From Sminthopsis crassicaudata (lineage: Eukaryota), in assembly GCF_048593235.1 (NCBI RefSeq), contig NC_133617.1, positions 260,050,937-260,114,936 of the forward strand: 64,000 nucleotides of DNA. Reading direction: 5' to 3'. A program made the translations under genes and the position numbers. This document shows, piece after piece, positions 61,001 to 64,000 of the stretch. Position 1 is the stretch's first letter. Every line of letters starts with the position of its first letter. The notes under the pieces were generated by a model. It saw nothing but the letters and a program-made list of their open reading frames with translations, ran no database searches and was not told the origin of the DNA.

Positions 61001-64000
61001 ACCTAAACATGGTATAATTTCCATTATCATACTATCAGTAATTATAAAAGTGAAGATTTGAGCATAGATATTCCTGCCTGTAAAATAGAAGTCCTATAGT
61101 CAGGAAGACTTTAATGAAGATCCTAATAAACATCAGGAAGATTTCCTGGCTCTGAACAATCTACAACTATACACATCTGTACTGGAGGAATATAGCCTGG
61201 GTCCTCTTGCTCTTTTACACCTAATTCCAAGAATTCTCAAGAAGTTGGTTTGTGGCTTTTAAAGAGTTCATCAAAATTTTGATATAAAGTTTAACATATG
61301 CCATCTACCTTGATAGAAACAAGAATCTGACCTAGAAAAGTCTTAACTGCTTTGGGTCCATTTTAATTTTTGAGGAATGAAGATTAATTCTATCTCTCAG
61401 GGACCATTCTCTAGTACAGTCCTCAGAACTCCAGAAAATTAGCTGGACAGGGCAAGATCTTGAAAAAGAACATTTCTCTTGGGCTCATGCAAGCTTTTTG
61501 TGCCATGTTACTCATATGCTTCCTGATCAGTGTAAGTGATGGGTGATTTGTACACTTAGCAGTAGTTTTTTTTCTCAGTTTCCTCAACTATAAAACTTCC
61601 CAGTTAGTTGTTGAGAGGACCAAAAAGATATCTGGCACATAATAGGTTTTATATAAATGCTTATTCATTTCATTTACCTACATTTTATTATTTGAGACTC
61701 AAAACAATCCTTGTGATGTAGGCACTAATTTTTTTTTTTTACCACCCCTATATAACAGATGAGGAAAATAAGGCAAATAGAGGCTATATTACTTGCCTAG
61801 GATCACAGAGCTGGTAAGTGTATAAGGCAGGATATAAATCTTGATTTTTCAACATCAAAGTCTACTACTCTTTGCCAAGTTGGCTGCCTCTCAAACTCTT
61901 CTACTTAAGTCAGATTTATGGAAATATGTCATTTAGAAGATGATTCTCAGTATAGGGTTTATGATCTATAAATGTTTACCTAGAATACAAAAAAAATATG
62001 TTCAGCTTGTGAATATAAACAAAGAAGCAACCTTGGAACAAAGCAAATACTATAAAGGAATTAAAAAAAAAAACTAACAGCTTTCTATGCATTGCTGGGG
62101 GGCAGATTTTGCTAGTTTATCTAGGTAATTGGACTGCCAGGAAAATTGATCCTTAAAGTACACACACTGATGAGAAATCCTTACACCTTAGGGCAAAGAA
62201 AGAGGATCCCCTATAATTGGTGAGAAACTGGAAAGAAATAATATTGGCTGGTTCCCAGACCTTGTCATTGTGTTTTCACAACTAATAGCTCCAAAATTGT
62301 TGACTTTAACCTTTTTTTTTTTTTTTTCATCATTTAACCCATAAGGTTGGGTTTTTAGCTTTCAAATTCTATAAGTACTTTGCAGTGGTTAGCAAATCCT
62401 CACACCAAACAAACCAGCTGATTTCCAAAAGCACAAGGAATGGGGGAAGATGCTCAGCTCTCCCTAATTGGAATTACTTTTTAGAGGATGTTTCCTCATG
62501 GGATGTTTATTTATAACAGTCAGATAACCTCTCTCCAGGAAAACGAGATAATTGAAACATTTTCCAGGATTATGACAGCAGAAGCATATTTAGGACAGTT
62601 AGCAAAAGAGCCATGTACATCTACTATAGGAAACAATGAAAATAATCCACAAAAGATAGGATAAGAAGGCAGATCAACTGGGAATAAAGACAAAGTTTTT
62701 CTTTAATGAAATGAGATAGAAATATCTCAACCCAATTTAGTTTTTTATGTTTTAAATTCTGAAATATGACTTTTCTAGTGGCCTGTGGATTCTTATTTTC
62801 TACCCTAGGGAATTGCTATATACCCAAGATTTTAAAGAGCTTCACAAATTTAATGATTTTCCTGAAGTTACATTTTAGCACTTTAGCAGTTGCAGGTGCA
62901 CAATTTCTAGTCACCTAAAGTCATCATTTGGAGACTTGTAAATGTGATAAGAAATTGCAATTGGTTTTGTTTTTGAGGACAATTCAGTTTTTAAAGTCTC
63001 AGATTCTTCGAGTGAAATGAATTTTATATGAAATAACTTCATGTGCATTGGACTGAATGCACACAACAAATAGCCCTCCATTCAAAGTCAATTCTTTTCC
63101 TTTGACTATAGATTCACTGTGCTCTATATAAGCCACCATCATGCAATAAAATGAGGCTGGCCACACAGCATTCTTGTTTATCCTTACCTAGTAAGCATCT
63201 TTAATCTCTAATCCTAAATAAATCTTTATTTAACCAATCCAAACCTGCTGAGCCCTTTTCCTCAGGTATATAAATCCAGAGACTAGTGGAGCCAGTGAGA
63301 TCTCAGGTACTGGTGGGTTCCAGAAGTAAAATTCTCAGGGAGATTACTCTTAGGTGGTTTTGCTAATTAACATAAGACCAAAAATCCAGCCAGAGGACTG
63401 TCATCCTGGACAAACTGGGAGGTATAGTAAAGCATACAATACAACAACACATCCACCTTCCCTAATGAGGATGACACAGGGAAAACCTAAAGTGTGGTCA
63501 ATATCATGTAATTTTTTAAAATTACCCATTCATTTCCCAGAGTTGCCCTGTCAGCTGTCAATTCATTTATCTGGCATATGCTACAATTAATTTTTTTTTT
63601 TCATGAGCACAGCTGTTCTTAAGATTGAAAAAATGTATCCTCAAGAGTTGGGTTAATCCAATGGATGGATTATCAACTCAATACATATTTATATTATTAA
63701 CTTGTTTCTTTGGGATCCATGAACAGGGTATATGTATTCTTATTACAATTAAGGAGCTTTTTAAAAACTATTTGGGGTCTAATTAGAGAAGAAATCTTTT
63801 TTTGGGGAGATTGGAATTTGACTCAATCCCTAAGGGTTACTTAGTACTTGCCAATATACTGATTAGTTTTTTGAGCTTGAAGACAATTAGTAAAGCAGTT
63901 GAAGTTAACAGAATTAATAAGAATGTTCCAATAATGGATGGCAGGGCAGTAGAGAAAATAGCCACTAAGTATTACAAAAACAACCTATAACATATAATAG

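Noticed and set aside
26500-64000. Exons of a neighbouring host gene
   Set aside because: No recognisable non-TE coding sequence found by eye; small exons cannot be excluded without spliced alignment

Overview
Vertebrate genomic DNA, inferred to be marsupial (probably dasyurid) from the style of its CORE-SINEs, L1 3' ends and a hAT MITE. It has two short N gaps. No rRNA, tRNA gene or CRISPR array is seen. The only intact genes are two same-strand, two-exon SOX17 genes in tandem. Copy 1 (1884-2217 + 2905-3806, 411 aa, 687-bp intron) has the canonical SOX17 C-terminus. Copy 2 (15218-15548 + 25017-25906, 406 aa, 9468-bp intron) is an intact paralogue. Its proximal promoter, exon 1 and the 5' three-quarters of exon 2 closely match copy 1, but its C-terminal ~60 aa are strongly diverged and its intron and 3' UTR do not align by eye. 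This mosaic suggests an old duplicate partly homogenised by gene conversion, and it is the main candidate novel system. The rest of the window is a repeat-rich gene desert (L1, L2, SINEs, hAT MITEs, an env-less class II ERV integrase plus LTR). It includes a 230-bp, 97%-identical inverted repeat around a 2-kb spacer. Repeat boundaries and family names are by eye and approximate.
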